From a virus (lineage: Duplodnaviria; Caudoviricetes): a stretch of DNA of 59,460 nt. The first letter of the stretch is position 1; each line of letters starts with the position of its first letter. This document shows positions 44,074 to 54,726 of this stretch, one piece after another. The stretch is taken from positions 1 to 59,460 of IMG/VR virus record IMGVR_UViG_3300043431_000434. One strand, written 5' to 3'. Below the pieces are notes generated by a model, which did not search any database, was not told the origin of the DNA, and was given only the letters and a program-made list of their open reading frames with translations. The position numbers were made by a program, and so were the translations under genes.

Positions 44074-46124
44074 CGAAGCATCCTAAGTAGTGAATATTCC
44101 AGAAAGTAGCCATTAAGCAGAAACGCCGTGTTTATCGCTGAGCTGGACTGAATTTTGACGGCCAGATTTTGGCCGTTGCCGGTAATAGGCACATGAATGG
44201 TTTGCAAGCTATTTACCCCGTCCCAAGTGAAGGCATCCCAGGTGAAGTTATCCCAAAACACCGGCTTATAAGCACTTTCAATCGCGGTATTATCGGGTTG
44301 CGATACCTCTTCTGAACCATACGACAAGCTGTAACCCAACTCAAATGCCGCAAAACCATTCACTTGAGATTCCAAGGTAATATGGCGAAACCGTTTTAAA
44401 GCGCGGTAGGATTTTAGGTTATTAAACACAAAACTTAAGTTAGCGGTAATGTCTGCGCTATCAAAACTGGTGCCGCGCTCCATTTGGTAAACAAAACCAT
44501 TGTCTGAACCAAAAAAGATGAGTTCATTGCCGCCGCCCAGTACATCAGAAGTCAGTTCTTCCGCTGACACCGAACATAACACCGGATTAGGGAAGTTAAC
44601 CGACATCATTGAAAAGTTTTGACTGGTCAATAAAAAATACATGCCGGAACCGTCATTAAAAAATAAACGGTATTGCTGTTTATCCCGGCTGATATGCGAA
44701 TCAACCACCCGGCTACGCTTGCTGTTTAACAAGTTTTTAACCCGGTTACTCAAAGCGGATTCTAAAAAATTGCCAAATTCCTGCGCGGTTTGCAGTGAGG
44801 TAACCCCCCGATCATCAAACACCAACGTCGTGTTGATTTTTTGAATAGTGAACGGCAACGCGCCTGCCTGGTCATTGAATTCCACCAGTTGAAAATCAGC
44901 ACCAGTTTTGCCATACAGCATATAAGTATGATTCCGGCAATACACCGCTAGGGCAGGGGTATTGTCATTACCGGGCTGCGTCATGAAGCCGGTAATGGTT
45001 TCAGATACCGCTATTTCAGCCGTATTGGCGGTCGCGAAGTTATACGGATCACCCAGATTGCTGTTTAACAGCGAACTGCCATAGGCTAAAAATAACTGGT
45101 TTTGATGCGCCGCCACATGACTGGGTTTGCGGGTAATATCTAATGGGGTCTCAATCGGCACAAAGGTGGTGCCATCAAATTCAAACGCCGGATTAACCCC
45201 ATCCGCACCGTACATGCGATAGGTGCCCAATGCACCGCTAAAGTTGGCATTCACAAACTCAAAACGACCGCCTTTATTGGGCAAACTAATGGTGGTTTGG
45301 CCGTTACAGGTCGCGGTAATACCACTGGTAAACACCCCAGCACTAAAACTGCCGCCGGTAATACTGGCAAAAATTAACCGGCCTGCGGCGGTGCCTGCGC
45401 CAAATGAGCCGCTTTCCAGGGTAATGCGTTTTAAAACCCCACTCACTGCCCCCTGGACAATCGTTGCGCCCTCGATAGGACTGGTGCCACTGGCCGCGCT
45501 GTAAGCCACCTGAAAGCCTAAGCTTACTGCTTGCCAACCAGTGGGGGATGATTTGTACATGCCCACGCCAGTACCGACATTATCCCGAAAGGCATACACC
45601 ACATTGTTGTAATACCACACACCACGGATTGCCCCCGCACCAGGTACCGCACCAATCAGCGCACGGTAATAGGCTTCAGCTAAGGCTTTGTATTGCGCAA
45701 GGCCTAGCGCACTATCCACAATCCCGCCTTGGGTATCGGTCAGAATCACACCAAAGTTGGCATTTTCACCACCACTGGCAAAATTACCCACCACATTGGT
45801 GACAATAATGGCATTCTGATCAATGTCGATGACATAAGCGGTTGCACCTGATGTACTGCCAATCAAGGTATTGCCTGGGACAATCGTGCCTGCATTGGAA
45901 TAAGGCACCGCAAAGGTTAGGGCATTACTGGGTGAGGCCCGACCGTCAAACCGCTCATAGCCGGTCAGGTGTTGATAACCACCAAACAGATTTTCTTCAT
46001 AGTTAACCGATTCCCGCACAAACCCCGGCGGAATTTCAATAGCTGGGGTGACCAAATCCAAACCACCGCGAAACGGCACATACTCATTGCTGTATTTGGC
46101 GGTGGGTAAGGCGGCAATCTTCAC
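44070..46124 (-). CDS. Podovirus tail nozzle/stabilisation protein
   Basis: 684 aa, beta-propeller-like; follows the adaptor; WD.FTWD C-terminal motif. Confidence 0.65.
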   Translation of the reverse strand: MKIAALPTAKYSNEYVPFRGGLDLVTPAIEIPPGFVRESVNYEENLFGGYQHLTGYERFDGRASPSNALTFAVPYSNAGTIVPGNTLIGSTSGATAYVIDIDQNAIIVTNVVGNFASGGENANFGVILTDTQGGIVDSALGLAQYKALAEAYYRALIGAVPGAGAIRGVWYYNNVVYAFRDNVGTGVGMYKSSPTGWQAVSLGFQVAYSAASGTSPIEGATIVQGAVSGVLKRITLESGSFGAGTAAGRLIFASITGGSFSAGVFTSGITATCNGQTTISLPNKGGRFEFVNANFSGALGTYRMYGADGVNPAFEFDGTTFVPIETPLDITRKPSHVAAHQNQLFLAYGSSLLNSNLGDPYNFATANTAEIAVSETITGFMTQPGNDNTPALAVYCRNHTYMLYGKTGADFQLVEFNDQAGALPFTIQKINTTLVFDDRGVTSLQTAQEFGNFLESALSNRVKNLLNSKRSRVVDSHISRDKQQYRLFFNDGSGMYFLLTSQNFSMMSVNFPNPVLCSVSAEELTSDVLGGGNELIFFGSDNGFVYQMERGTSFDSADITANLSFVFNNLKSYRALKRFRHITLESQVNGFAAFELGYSLSYGSEEVSQPDNTAIESAYKPVFWDNFTWDAFTWDGVNSLQTIHVPITGNGQNLAVKIQSSSAINTAFLLNGYFLEYSLLRMLR

Positions 46125-46804
46125 GCCATTGCCTCACCTAAGCTAATGGTTGGCAGATATTTCAATTCCAGTTTATTGATTAACCGGCCATATTCTTTTT
46201 GTGCCTGGGCATACAATGACGGTTCAGCCGCATACGAGGCATATTTCATTAAGGCACTCCACACAATCACCATGTGGAAATCAGCAAACACCGGCACATC
46301 ACTGTCGATAGTAAATTTGCTGGCTGATTTAACATATTCCCCATCAATGCTATACGCTTGATCCGGTATGGGCCACACCATCAAATCATTATTAGGGCTG
46401 ATCGTGAAATCTTGCGGTCTACCACTCACAGACCGATTCGCACCCCTTAAGCGCAAACCACGGAATTCTTCGTAGGAGCGGTAAGTCAGCCATTGCTCAT
46501 CATCGGTGGTTGCCAAATAACAGCGCAAGCTATCGTAGGGATTGGATTTTAGCCAGATACTTAAGCCTGGAATGCTGGTAGCCGGATAAAACGCGACACC
46601 AATGGTCAAAGGTAAGGTGAAATCTTGCCGCAAAAAACCCCATTGATCGTGTTTTTCCTGAATGTCTACATAGGCATCTTGCACCCAGTTAACAATCCGA
46701 CCGAGTTCGCCGATTTGATTGGCGGTGGTGTTGGGGCCAGTACCGGCAATACCCGCCTCAGAGCGTAACCGCTGGCAAATTTCTAAAAATGTCATGGCTG
46801 ACAT
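46121..46804 (-). CDS. Head-tail adaptor protein
   Basis: MTFLEICQRLR.EAG...W.FL...G.P.......VWP.PDQ.Y pattern. Confidence 0.7.
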   Translation of the reverse strand: MSAMTFLEICQRLRSEAGIAGTGPNTTANQIGELGRIVNWVQDAYVDIQEKHDQWGFLRQDFTLPLTIGVAFYPATSIPGLSIWLKSNPYDSLRCYLATTDDEQWLTYRSYEEFRGLRLRGANRSVSGRPQDFTISPNNDLMVWPIPDQAYSIDGEYVKSASKFTIDSDVPVFADFHMVIVWSALMKYASYAAEPSLYAQAQKEYGRLINKLELKYLPTISLGEAMA

Positions 46805-46812
46805 AGGAAACG

Positions 46813-47289
46813 CTAGGTGGGTTCAGCAATAATCTGTTGCAACCAGCTATACCCTTTTGGATTCGGGTCTTTATGGACACGAAACGGGTATTTATGACCG
46901 GGATGCTTATCAATTCGGGTGGCTTTGTCGCCATTGCCATTGGTATATTCCGGGGTCGTGATGGTTTCTGGTTTGCACCGGGCCAATACTTCCAGATATT
47001 TACGTTTAATCCAGTGTGGTTTGCCACGAAATAAAAACTGATTAACGCCATTGACGCTCAATTGAACGGTTTGCTCCGCATTTTTTTCAGTAGTGGTGTC
47101 AATTTCCACTAATACCGGCTCGTTCATAAATGCCTCAAGATCAACAATCTCTTTGTAGTTAAACGCATCAATCGTATCAAAACTGTCTTGAAAATCACTA
47201 CGGTTTAACCCGCCAGATAAGGGCATTTCAAACGATTGCACCGGATTTGTTTTAAATTCTTGGGATTCAATAGGGGGTTTACTTGCCAT
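46813..47289 (-). CDS. Conserved hypothetical virion-module protein
   Basis: FMNEPV...VNGVNQ...RG....KRKYLEVLAR...YPF.V..DPNPKG..WL. Confidence 0.65.
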   Translation of the reverse strand: MASKPPIESQEFKTNPVQSFEMPLSGGLNRSDFQDSFDTIDAFNYKEIVDLEAFMNEPVLVEIDTTTEKNAEQTVQLSVNGVNQFLFRGKPHWIKRKYLEVLARCKPETITTPEYTNGNGDKATRIDKHPGHKYPFRVHKDPNPKGYSWLQQIIAEPT

Positions 47290-47302
47290 AAAGCAGTCTC
47301 CA

Positions 47303-47337
47303 ATAAAATCCCACGACCGAACATTCAGCCGTGGGAT
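47303..47337 (-). terminator. Putative terminator/attenuator after the capsid genes
   Basis: ATCCCACG...CGTGGGAT inverted repeat followed by TTTATT. Confidence 0.5.
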
Positions 47338-47351
47338 GGTTTAACTTAAAG

Positions 47352-47843
47352 TTATGAGAACACCGGGCGCGGTGGCATGGTCACAATGTCCTGCACAGTG
47401 GTAACAATACCGGTTGCATTCCAGTTGGTTGTACCTGGAGTAAAACCAGACGAGGTTGAACCCGCTTTAACCACCAGATAACTGAACGGGGTCAAGTTGT
47501 CTGGGATGCGCGGAAAATGCACCGGATTAACCAAGTTATTTGCCGCATCAAGGGCTTGTACTGGGCCTTGCACGTTTTTCATCTGACCTGCCGCATTTAC
47601 GCAGTTCACGATAATGCAGGCTTGACCGATGGCTAACGCTGTTGCAGCCTTAGCGGTCACGCCATCTGGGCCAACCAGGCTTAATGCCTTGCCTGCGCCG
47701 GACGCTAAAGCGGTTGCAAACGCGCCATTTACGCACGCCACGGTTGCGGTTGTGGTCGCCAAGGTTGCTGCCGCAGCGGTCGCCACTGTCCCGGCATTGA
47801 CCAGGTTCAGGTTTGCGCCGTTTAATTCATTGTTCTGGATCAT
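47352..47843 (-). CDS. Putative capsid decoration protein
   Basis: Ala/Thr-rich; directly downstream of the capsid gene. Confidence 0.55.
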   Translation of the reverse strand: MIQNNELNGANLNLVNAGTVATAAAATLATTTATVACVNGAFATALASGAGKALSLVGPDGVTAKAATALAIGQACIIVNCVNAAGQMKNVQGPVQALDAANNLVNPVHFPRIPDNLTPFSYLVVKAGSTSSGFTPGTTNWNATGIVTTVQDIVTMPPRPVFS

Positions 47844-47856
47844 CTAAAGTCTCCTA

Positions 47857-48069
47857 TTACGTGCCAGTGTTAATGGAAGGAATCCCGGTTAAGGTGTTGT
47901 AATTCACATCAGTCACCCCGGCATCAGCATCCAATTTTGCACATAAAGCGTTATGTTTGGCCTGAATAGTGGCTAAATCAGCCGCTATATTGCCTAACGC
48001 TCGGCGCAAAACCAGCTCGTCTTGTTTATTGGTAATCCCTTGCAGGACGGTTGCGGTTGAGTCTGGCAT
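47857..48069 (-). CDS. Small head-associated protein
   Basis: KHNALCAKLDADAGVTD.NY; GGAG RBS. Confidence 0.55.
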   Translation of the reverse strand: MPDSTATVLQGITNKQDELVLRRALGNIAADLATIQAKHNALCAKLDADAGVTDVNYNTLTGIPSINTGT

Positions 48070-48078
48070 ATCAATCTC

Positions 48079-49125
48079 CTATAAAGCTGACACGCCAACC
48101 TCAGCCACGGCTATCCAGCCTTGGTTAAGGATTTCACAGGCGTGATAAAACTTCGCGCCGATATAGCCGCGTTGTCCACCTGGATCGTTCTTGTCTTTTT
48201 GACCAGGTGGCAACCAAATCGGGTCAAGTGCCGCAGAACCGCGTAATTTGACTTGGGCAAAGGCATCTTTAGCCATGAAAATCATCGGGTATACGTCAAT
48301 ATTTGCGCCGCCAGTGGATTTGATACCGTTCGGTGGCACCGATGACGCTACCGCCACGCCTGTATTGATGATGGGGTTCAGCTCAGGTGAGGTAATGAAG
48401 CGGATGTTTTGCCATGTACCCAGTTCCCACTCACAAATAACCTGACGGTTCGCATAAGCGGCTATATCGCGGAAACCTGCCAAGCGGCGAATGTCATATT
48501 CTTGATCGGTGTGGGTAAAACACACATAGCTAGCTTCCACAAACGTGGTGCCATAATCGCCGGATGTGCCCAAAATCTTGGTGATTTTCGTCCCGTGGTT
48601 GGCTTGCAGGGTGCGCACGACTTTGCTGATTAACGCCTCAGTCACAAACGTGTTAACCGATGCACGGGTTGAGCCACCACCCGCATAAAATTTGTTGGTA
48701 GCGGCTTTCATTTTGCCGTACAACGCCATTTCTCGCACTAAACCCATCCGTTCGCCGGTCTGCTCTTTCATCGCAGCGGCAATGTCGTCCTCGTACAAGT
48801 CATAGTCTTTGTCAGTCAAGGCATAAAGGGCCATGTACTGATTCAGGGTAAAGGTCACATCACGCGGCACAATCGTGTCTGCCGCTGGGGTAACCCCTTC
48901 AGTCGTGATATGCGCCTCGGCACTGACGGTAAATTGATTCGGTTGTGCTACTGTACCGCCGTAAGGCACCCAAGACCGCACAATCAAGGTATCAGACTTG
49001 TTTTTAGGCATGTCCATTTGATTGATCGGTTTGGCTAACACTTCGGTGGGGATAGCGTGGCGGATAATTTCGCCTGCAAGCCGCCCAATTCTGGCCTGCG
49101 CGGTGTCCATTGTTTGAATGGCCAT
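48079..49125 (-). CDS. Major capsid protein (N4-gp56-like family)
   Basis: MPKNKSDT...EGVTP...L.QY......TD...E.G....RF...DVYP....DP.GQRGY.G.K. Confidence 0.88.
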   Translation of the reverse strand: MAIQTMDTAQARIGRLAGEIIRHAIPTEVLAKPINQMDMPKNKSDTLIVRSWVPYGGTVAQPNQFTVSAEAHITTEGVTPAADTIVPRDVTFTLNQYMALYALTDKDYDLYEDDIAAAMKEQTGERMGLVREMALYGKMKAATNKFYAGGGSTRASVNTFVTEALISKVVRTLQANHGTKITKILGTSGDYGTTFVEASYVCFTHTDQEYDIRRLAGFRDIAAYANRQVICEWELGTWQNIRFITSPELNPIINTGVAVASSVPPNGIKSTGGANIDVYPMIFMAKDAFAQVKLRGSAALDPIWLPPGQKDKNDPGGQRGYIGAKFYHACEILNQGWIAVAEVGVSAL

Positions 49126-49145
49126 TGATTAACTCCTAATTCATA

Positions 49146-50024
49146 CTAATTACCGCGCAAACCCTCATAAAAGCCGCGCTCGTAATCATTGTTGTAAGTG
49201 TTTTGCTGTCGGCCACCCCCGTTACTTTTAATGGGGATATTGCCCTCTAGCGTGGTTTGTTTGTTACGCTCGAATTCAGCTTTTTTGGTTTTCCAATCCT
49301 TAAATTTGGTAAACGCCTGGGATAATTCCTGGCTGTCCCACGTTGAACTCAACTTTTGTTGGTCTTCGGGTTTTAAGGTGGCTTGCCATTCCGTGAATTC
49401 GGGGGTGTTAAGCTGTTGTTGCCAATCTGGGTGGGCAATTGAGAGTGCTTTCATTTCAAACTCTTCACGTAACTTGCTCAGCTCGCCGTTTAAGGTTTGT
49501 TGTTGTTGAGCAAAACGCACCTCATCCTCAGCAAAACGCGCCTCAAGGTCTAGGTTTGGAGTTAGGGGGATGCCAAGCTGCAAGGCCGAAAGGTCTTGAA
49601 CTAAGGCTTGCACCAAGCCGTCATCGTCCAAATAGTCTTTAACGTGTTTAAATTGCTCAGGGGATAACGGCACTTGAACCGGGGCCGCTGATTGTCTGTC
49701 CCGCAATTCCTTTAACGTGCCTTCGATTGAGCCGATACGACCAAACGCGCTATCGTGCGTTTTTTTAAGCCGGTCGTTCAAATCGTCAACTTGCTTGGCT
49801 TTATCAAATACCGCCTGCAATTCGTCATCGGTCATGCGCTCATAAATGCGCCGAGTGTCAGTTGCCTGGTGTGCTTCTTCAGATTGTTGTAGTTCAGCAT
49901 TAAACGCCTGTTCATAAATCTCTTCCTCAGTCAGTTCTTGCGACGGCGCGGGGTCGTCAGTAAAGGTAACTGTGGATTCAAAAGGTTCAGGGGTTTGATT
50001 TATTTCAGTCATAACAATAGCCAA
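49146..50024 (-). CDS. Scaffolding protein (putative)
   Basis: Acidic and helical with HPDW motif; lies between portal and capsid. Confidence 0.65.
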   Translation of the reverse strand: MAIVMTEINQTPEPFESTVTFTDDPAPSQELTEEEIYEQAFNAELQQSEEAHQATDTRRIYERMTDDELQAVFDKAKQVDDLNDRLKKTHDSAFGRIGSIEGTLKELRDRQSAAPVQVPLSPEQFKHVKDYLDDDGLVQALVQDLSALQLGIPLTPNLDLEARFAEDEVRFAQQQQTLNGELSKLREEFEMKALSIAHPDWQQQLNTPEFTEWQATLKPEDQQKLSSTWDSQELSQAFTKFKDWKTKKAEFERNKQTTLEGNIPIKSNGGGRQQNTYNNDYERGFYEGLRGN

Positions 50025-50027
50025 GGG

Positions 50028-50270
50028 TTATTGGGTGGGTGTCCCGGTAGCATCCGGGGCGTTAAGTTGTTGTAACTGCCGTAACACTCTGATCCGGCCA
50101 CGCAGGGCGGCGGTATCATCCGGGCTAAGGCTTAGTTTTTCCAAAGAGCGTTGGCTTTGCACAATCAGTCCATCAAGGTGGGCTAACAGCTTTTTCCAAA
50201 GCTCAGAATTCTTATCGTCGTCGGTGAGGATCAAGCTTTCAACGCTCATAAGCTTGCCCTTTCGGCGCAC
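50028..50270 (-). CDS. Small conserved protein after the portal
   Basis: TAALRGRIRVLRQL motif; likely start at MSVES. Confidence 0.6.
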   Translation of the reverse strand: MRRKGKLMSVESLILTDDDKNSELWKKLLAHLDGLIVQSQRSLEKLSLSPDDTAALRGRIRVLRQLQQLNAPDATGTPTQ

Positions 50271-52515
50271 GTCCGACCGGTTCAGACGGTGGTTGCATGG
50301 CTATTTTTGCCATTTCATGAGACTTGTCGCGCTCACCCTGAACGGCTTCGTGTTGCTTATCGCGTTCGCTTTGTTGTTTTTGGTCGTCCATACTGGCGTA
50401 GGACAACTCTTTTTGAACGCCCAAACGCATGGTGGTATCGGCTAACGCAGCTTTGATGGAAGCCAGGGATTGTTCGCTGGATTGCGATAATTCCATTAAT
50501 TTGATTTGATAATCCAGTTGCTTGATCTGCATTTCGTGGTCGCGGTCTTGCTGCGCCATCTGCAATTTGAGGGCAAGCTCTGCCTCCATCGCTTTTTGCT
50601 TCATAGCGATCTCATCACTATCGGATTTTTGCTTAAGCTGCTCGACTTCCATTTGCGCCTGACCACGAATTTGCGCGACCTGAATGGCTGGATCGGGTGG
50701 CGGTGCTTGCTGCTGCATCTGCTCTTTTTCCTGATCGGTAAAGCACACGCGGTCGGGGCTGATCTTGTTAGACTTAAGCACCTCAATCATTAACTGCTCA
50801 GGATTTAAGCCAAACACTGGATTTGCCGAGAATTGCAGCAATTGCATGATCATTTGGTTTTGCGCATCACGCTCATACAAGGCACTGGAGCCTTTGGCGA
50901 TAATAGAAAAATCACCTTTGATGTCGTCATTGTCACTGTGCAACAGCAACCACTCGTAATACCGGCCAATATGGCGTTCAATCACGTCGTCGAACAATTT
51001 GGCGGTACGGCGCAGTACCGTGTTAGAGTTTTGTTGCAAGATTTGCATCCCACCGACCGTATTAGTCGCCGAACCTTGCTGACCTTGCAAAATTAACGGC
51101 ATGGACGTGGCGCGTTCCGCAAATTCCAGGGCCAGCCGAATAATGGCCTCAAGTTCTTGCTGCATGGTGGGGATGCTGATCGAGGTAAAGGCACTTTGCA
51201 CGTCTCGTAAATCGGCATCGTCATCCACTTCCCATAACTTCAGTGGCGTGATTTCAAAAATCTGGTTAGCAGGGCGCACAACACCTTTGCGGTAGATGAT
51301 TTGTGGGCCTGCCGATACCCCGGCATTGTCCATCAGGTTACGTGAGGCGGCATTAACCATGCGCTGGGCAGTCCGTACCTGCCGTGCTACCCCAATTCCA
51401 GCCCAGTGGCCGATCCGTTTTTGATAGACAAAGATGTCATAGGGGAATTCGCCGCTATCCAATACCGATTGACTGGCTTTAATGACATGGCTATTAACCA
51501 TGACCACCACCACGCTCAAATCCTCATCAACCGCCAAACCTGCCGCCGACAAATCGTTTTTATCGGCTACCCCGTGGTAATACCAAATATCGTAGTTATC
51601 CTGCTCCATCTGGTAGCTATTCAGCCGTTGGCGATAATTACTATCCTCGATGTATTTGCAGTTCGGGCCTTCGTGCAACACTTTGTCGATTTCATCATCT
51701 AAAAAGCCACTGGTGCCTTTCAGTTCCCGCAATTGTTTGCCGGTTACCGTGTCTTTTTCCCAGATATACGCGCCGCTATGGATGTCATCACCGCAGGCTG
51801 GATCGGGAAATAGATTCCACACATCAATCATTTTTGAAGCGGGCTTAATCTGTTCCAGCATTTGCACTGTGATACCAAACTCACTCGACATCATCTTGCG
51901 TTTGCGGTATTTGACAGGGTAAGGGCCTTTTAAGACACCCGTGCCCAACATGTTCTTTTGCGCCACAACTTTGTGGCCTTGCGTGCCCCAGCTTGACTCA
52001 GACAGCCAATCCCAAATCTGGGTTTCAGCTTTTTCGGCCTTGTCTTCAGCGTCTTTGATGTAGGCTTTGGCGGCATCGCCCTCGGTCATATCGCCGTTGG
52101 GCATTGGGTTTTGGCTATCCACTACGCCATTGATTTCAGGAATGGGGGTGGGTTCAATCGAAAAAGGGCGATCATCGACCGGAAACAACATATCGAATTC
52201 GCGGGCAGTAATCAGGTCTACATAGGGTTGAGTGATATTGACGAATGCCGTAGAACGGTTGTCATTGGCAAAGCGGTTACTGGTAACGCGCCCCTCTTTA
52301 GTCGCAGGCTTAAGCATAACCTCACCGCGATTACACTCATCAATGCCGTTGTAATACTCTTCGTCTTCTTGCCAGATTTGCTCAATACCTGACTGACGAC
52401 GCGCATCTACCGCCTCTTTGCGTTTACTCACCAAGGCATGGGCAAATGCGGCAAGTTTGATAAGCCGATCCTGCTCCGCTTGATACGCTGAATTATCGCT
52501 GGGGTTTGAATCCAC
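50239..52515 (-). CDS. Portal protein (P22/podovirus type)
   Basis: LGTGVLKGP, W.LFPDP, G.GV....R..QR..NAA.R..MDNA..SAGPQ, TVGGMQIL; GTG start. Confidence 0.88.
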   Translation of the reverse strand: MDSNPSDNSAYQAEQDRLIKLAAFAHALVSKRKEAVDARRQSGIEQIWQEDEEYYNGIDECNRGEVMLKPATKEGRVTSNRFANDNRSTAFVNITQPYVDLITAREFDMLFPVDDRPFSIEPTPIPEINGVVDSQNPMPNGDMTEGDAAKAYIKDAEDKAEKAETQIWDWLSESSWGTQGHKVVAQKNMLGTGVLKGPYPVKYRKRKMMSSEFGITVQMLEQIKPASKMIDVWNLFPDPACGDDIHSGAYIWEKDTVTGKQLRELKGTSGFLDDEIDKVLHEGPNCKYIEDSNYRQRLNSYQMEQDNYDIWYYHGVADKNDLSAAGLAVDEDLSVVVVMVNSHVIKASQSVLDSGEFPYDIFVYQKRIGHWAGIGVARQVRTAQRMVNAASRNLMDNAGVSAGPQIIYRKGVVRPANQIFEITPLKLWEVDDDADLRDVQSAFTSISIPTMQQELEAIIRLALEFAERATSMPLILQGQQGSATNTVGGMQILQQNSNTVLRRTAKLFDDVIERHIGRYYEWLLLHSDNDDIKGDFSIIAKGSSALYERDAQNQMIMQLLQFSANPVFGLNPEQLMIEVLKSNKISPDRVCFTDQEKEQMQQQAPPPDPAIQVAQIRGQAQMEVEQLKQKSDSDEIAMKQKAMEAELALKLQMAQQDRDHEMQIKQLDYQIKLMELSQSSEQSLASIKAALADTTMRLGVQKELSYASMDDQKQQSERDKQHEAVQGERDKSHEMAKIAMQPPSEPVGRAPKGQAYER

Positions 52516-52761
52516 TATAAACCGTTAGTTTATAAATGAATTAATTATATACAATAAATTTATAATAACGTCAAAAAATTGACGTTTTGCGCAGATTTAG
52601 TTGAGGTGTCAAAAAATTGACGCTTGAAACTCGTGTTAACGTATTGAAAGTTATAGTACTAAAAACGATAGCGTTATTTCAGTACTATATGGATCAATAA
52701 CTTAGAAAAATATTGGGTTTTCCCATCTGACGATGCAGTGCATTGCAGGATTCAATCCAAA

Positions 52762-54105
52762 CTAATAACCCATCCCTGGCACCGAGGGCGACCAGGCAGG
52801 CATAATGGGGGTGTCGTCTTTTCTCGGATTAACAATGCCGCTAAAAAACTCGGTTAATATGAAAATCCAGGCATCTGCCCGGTTGGGTGAGCCTTGACCG
52901 GTATAACCGACATTGGAAAACGCGCACAATTCATCCTCAAGCTCAGGGAAATAGCCCACATGGCAGATTTTGCCCTGGGCATATAACGCGCTAAACGGTT
53001 CAGCACGGATTTGCTTGCCGCGTGATGATCTAACCTCTTTGTAGGGTGTTCGTGGGCGTGCCACCTGGATCACATGCTTGACCATCGCACCGCCAAAATT
53101 GTTTTCGGCGACAATCCCATTCGCTTGGTAACGGTCATAAGCATCGGTCGCTATCTTGCCCCAAACGGCTGGCGGGGCATTTACCGTGCAATCTTCCAAC
53201 AGATAAGCCCGACCATCAATTCCTAAGCCACCGACCATTATGCCGATGTCGTCATGCGTGTTATCGTCATCCTCGCCCGCGCCTGAGGGGTCAATACCCA
53301 CAATAATTCGCAACAATTGGGGGATGCGGCGATCCACCACGCGGTGCGTTTCGATATTTTCAAAGGTAAAGAGGGCATTGGGGTTTTCGTCGGCAAATTC
53401 GCCCTTTAAAAACCGTTGTTTTAAATGCGCGGGTAAGGCTTCAAGGGTTTTAAGATAGGTCGCGGTCAGGTTTTCCAGGTTATCTTCGGGATTGATCCGA
53501 AAATACACATAATCATCCGGGTTAGCCAGTGGTTTGCGGGTTGAGGGGTCGCGCTTCAACACAAACCGCTTATAACTCCAATGGCCTTTGGATGGCGGGT
53601 TAAGGTCGTAATAACAACGCGGTTGCAACTCAGTTTCTTTGCCGTCGATCACCTGGTTAACTTTTTGCGCCAAACGGGTAATCGCCATATCAATCGAAGC
53701 AACCGGTATTTGTGAAGCTTCGTTAAAATAAATAGTGACAAACTCCATACCTAAAATCTTCTCGGTGCGCTCCTTGTCGTCCAGGCCACCGAACCAAAGC
53801 TGCGCACCATTCTCAAAGGTTGCATAATAATCGGTGCTGTTGAGCGTGTATTTAACGCCTGGATAGGCGATTTGCATCACTTTGGGGAAGGTATCAAGCA
53901 CAATTGAGGCTTTGATAGCGTTAAACCTGAACCGGAATATGGCTTGGCGGGAATTGGGGGCTTTTAATGCCCTAAAAACGATATTTCTGACTAACAGAAA
54001 AGTTTTGCCGCTTCGACTACCACCCGCTAGTAAATTGTGGGTGGCGGTACCGGATAATATTTTTTGGGCTTCAAGTTGTTTAGAAGTGAGTTTGAACGCG
54101 GTCAA
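52762..54105 (-). CDS. terL: Terminase large subunit
   Basis: GGSRSGKT Walker A, YFNEASQ Walker B, DLNP, VGIDP nuclease motif and NRADA. Confidence 0.93.
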   Translation of the reverse strand: MTAFKLTSKQLEAQKILSGTATHNLLAGGSRSGKTFLLVRNIVFRALKAPNSRQAIFRFRFNAIKASIVLDTFPKVMQIAYPGVKYTLNSTDYYATFENGAQLWFGGLDDKERTEKILGMEFVTIYFNEASQIPVASIDMAITRLAQKVNQVIDGKETELQPRCYYDLNPPSKGHWSYKRFVLKRDPSTRKPLANPDDYVYFRINPEDNLENLTATYLKTLEALPAHLKQRFLKGEFADENPNALFTFENIETHRVVDRRIPQLLRIIVGIDPSGAGEDDDNTHDDIGIMVGGLGIDGRAYLLEDCTVNAPPAVWGKIATDAYDRYQANGIVAENNFGGAMVKHVIQVARPRTPYKEVRSSRGKQIRAEPFSALYAQGKICHVGYFPELEDELCAFSNVGYTGQGSPNRADAWIFILTEFFSGIVNPRKDDTPIMPAWSPSVPGMGY

Positions 54106-54383
54106 AGTTTAACATCTTCTTTGCTGGCGGTAATGGTGACTGCTGTTTTTACTTCAGCGGTTAATTCAGTCCTGGCGAGTTTAGGTTGGACATATTCCAT
54201 GCAATCGAGGTACATCTTAGCGCGCTCTGCGGCCCGCATGTCTTTAACATCCTCTTCAAAAGTGGGTTGTAGTACCGACAATATCCACTCAACACGCTTT
54301 TTCCTGAGTATCGTTTCTGAGCGTGTTGTCCCTTTTTTTATCCCTGAGCCTTTGGGTTTTGGCCGTCCTTTAGGTGCCGCCAT
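54102..54383 (-). CDS. Terminase small subunit (putative)
   Basis: MAAPKGRPKPKGSG.KKGT...YVQPKL; overlaps terL. Confidence 0.65.
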   Translation of the reverse strand: MAAPKGRPKPKGSGIKKGTTRSETILRKKRVEWILSVLQPTFEEDVKDMRAAERAKMYLDCMEYVQPKLARTELTAEVKTAVTITASKEDVKL

Positions 54384-54407
54384 ATCTTTGCAATCTATGG
54401 ATAGATA

Positions 54408-54674
54408 TTATTGCATTTGCCCCTGCGGGTTCATGCCTTGTTGGAAACCTTGATCAAACGGTGAAGGTTTTTGCCCGCCTTGCTGGTTTTTGAACAGTTG
54501 CACGACAAGCTGTAACGCTTCTTGCAGACTGGCCGCTTGTTGGCCTTGCGGTTGTTGTTCAGCTTGCATCATGCCGCCGGTTTCTTCACTGGCTTCTTCA
54601 CCAGTTTCATCGGTTACTGTATAGCTACCGGTTTTAGTGTCTTCAATGCAGATTTTCATGGGTTGACCAGGCAA
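54408..54674 (-). CDS. Hypothetical Gln-rich protein
   Basis: ORF upstream of terS. Confidence 0.5.
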   Translation of the reverse strand: MPGQPMKICIEDTKTGSYTVTDETGEEASEETGGMMQAEQQPQGQQAASLQEALQLVVQLFKNQQGGQKPSPFDQGFQQGMNPQGQMQ

Positions 54675-54726
54675 GTAAGGTATTTGCCTGGATTTATAGC
54701 ACTAATTTTAAAATTTAGTAATTACA

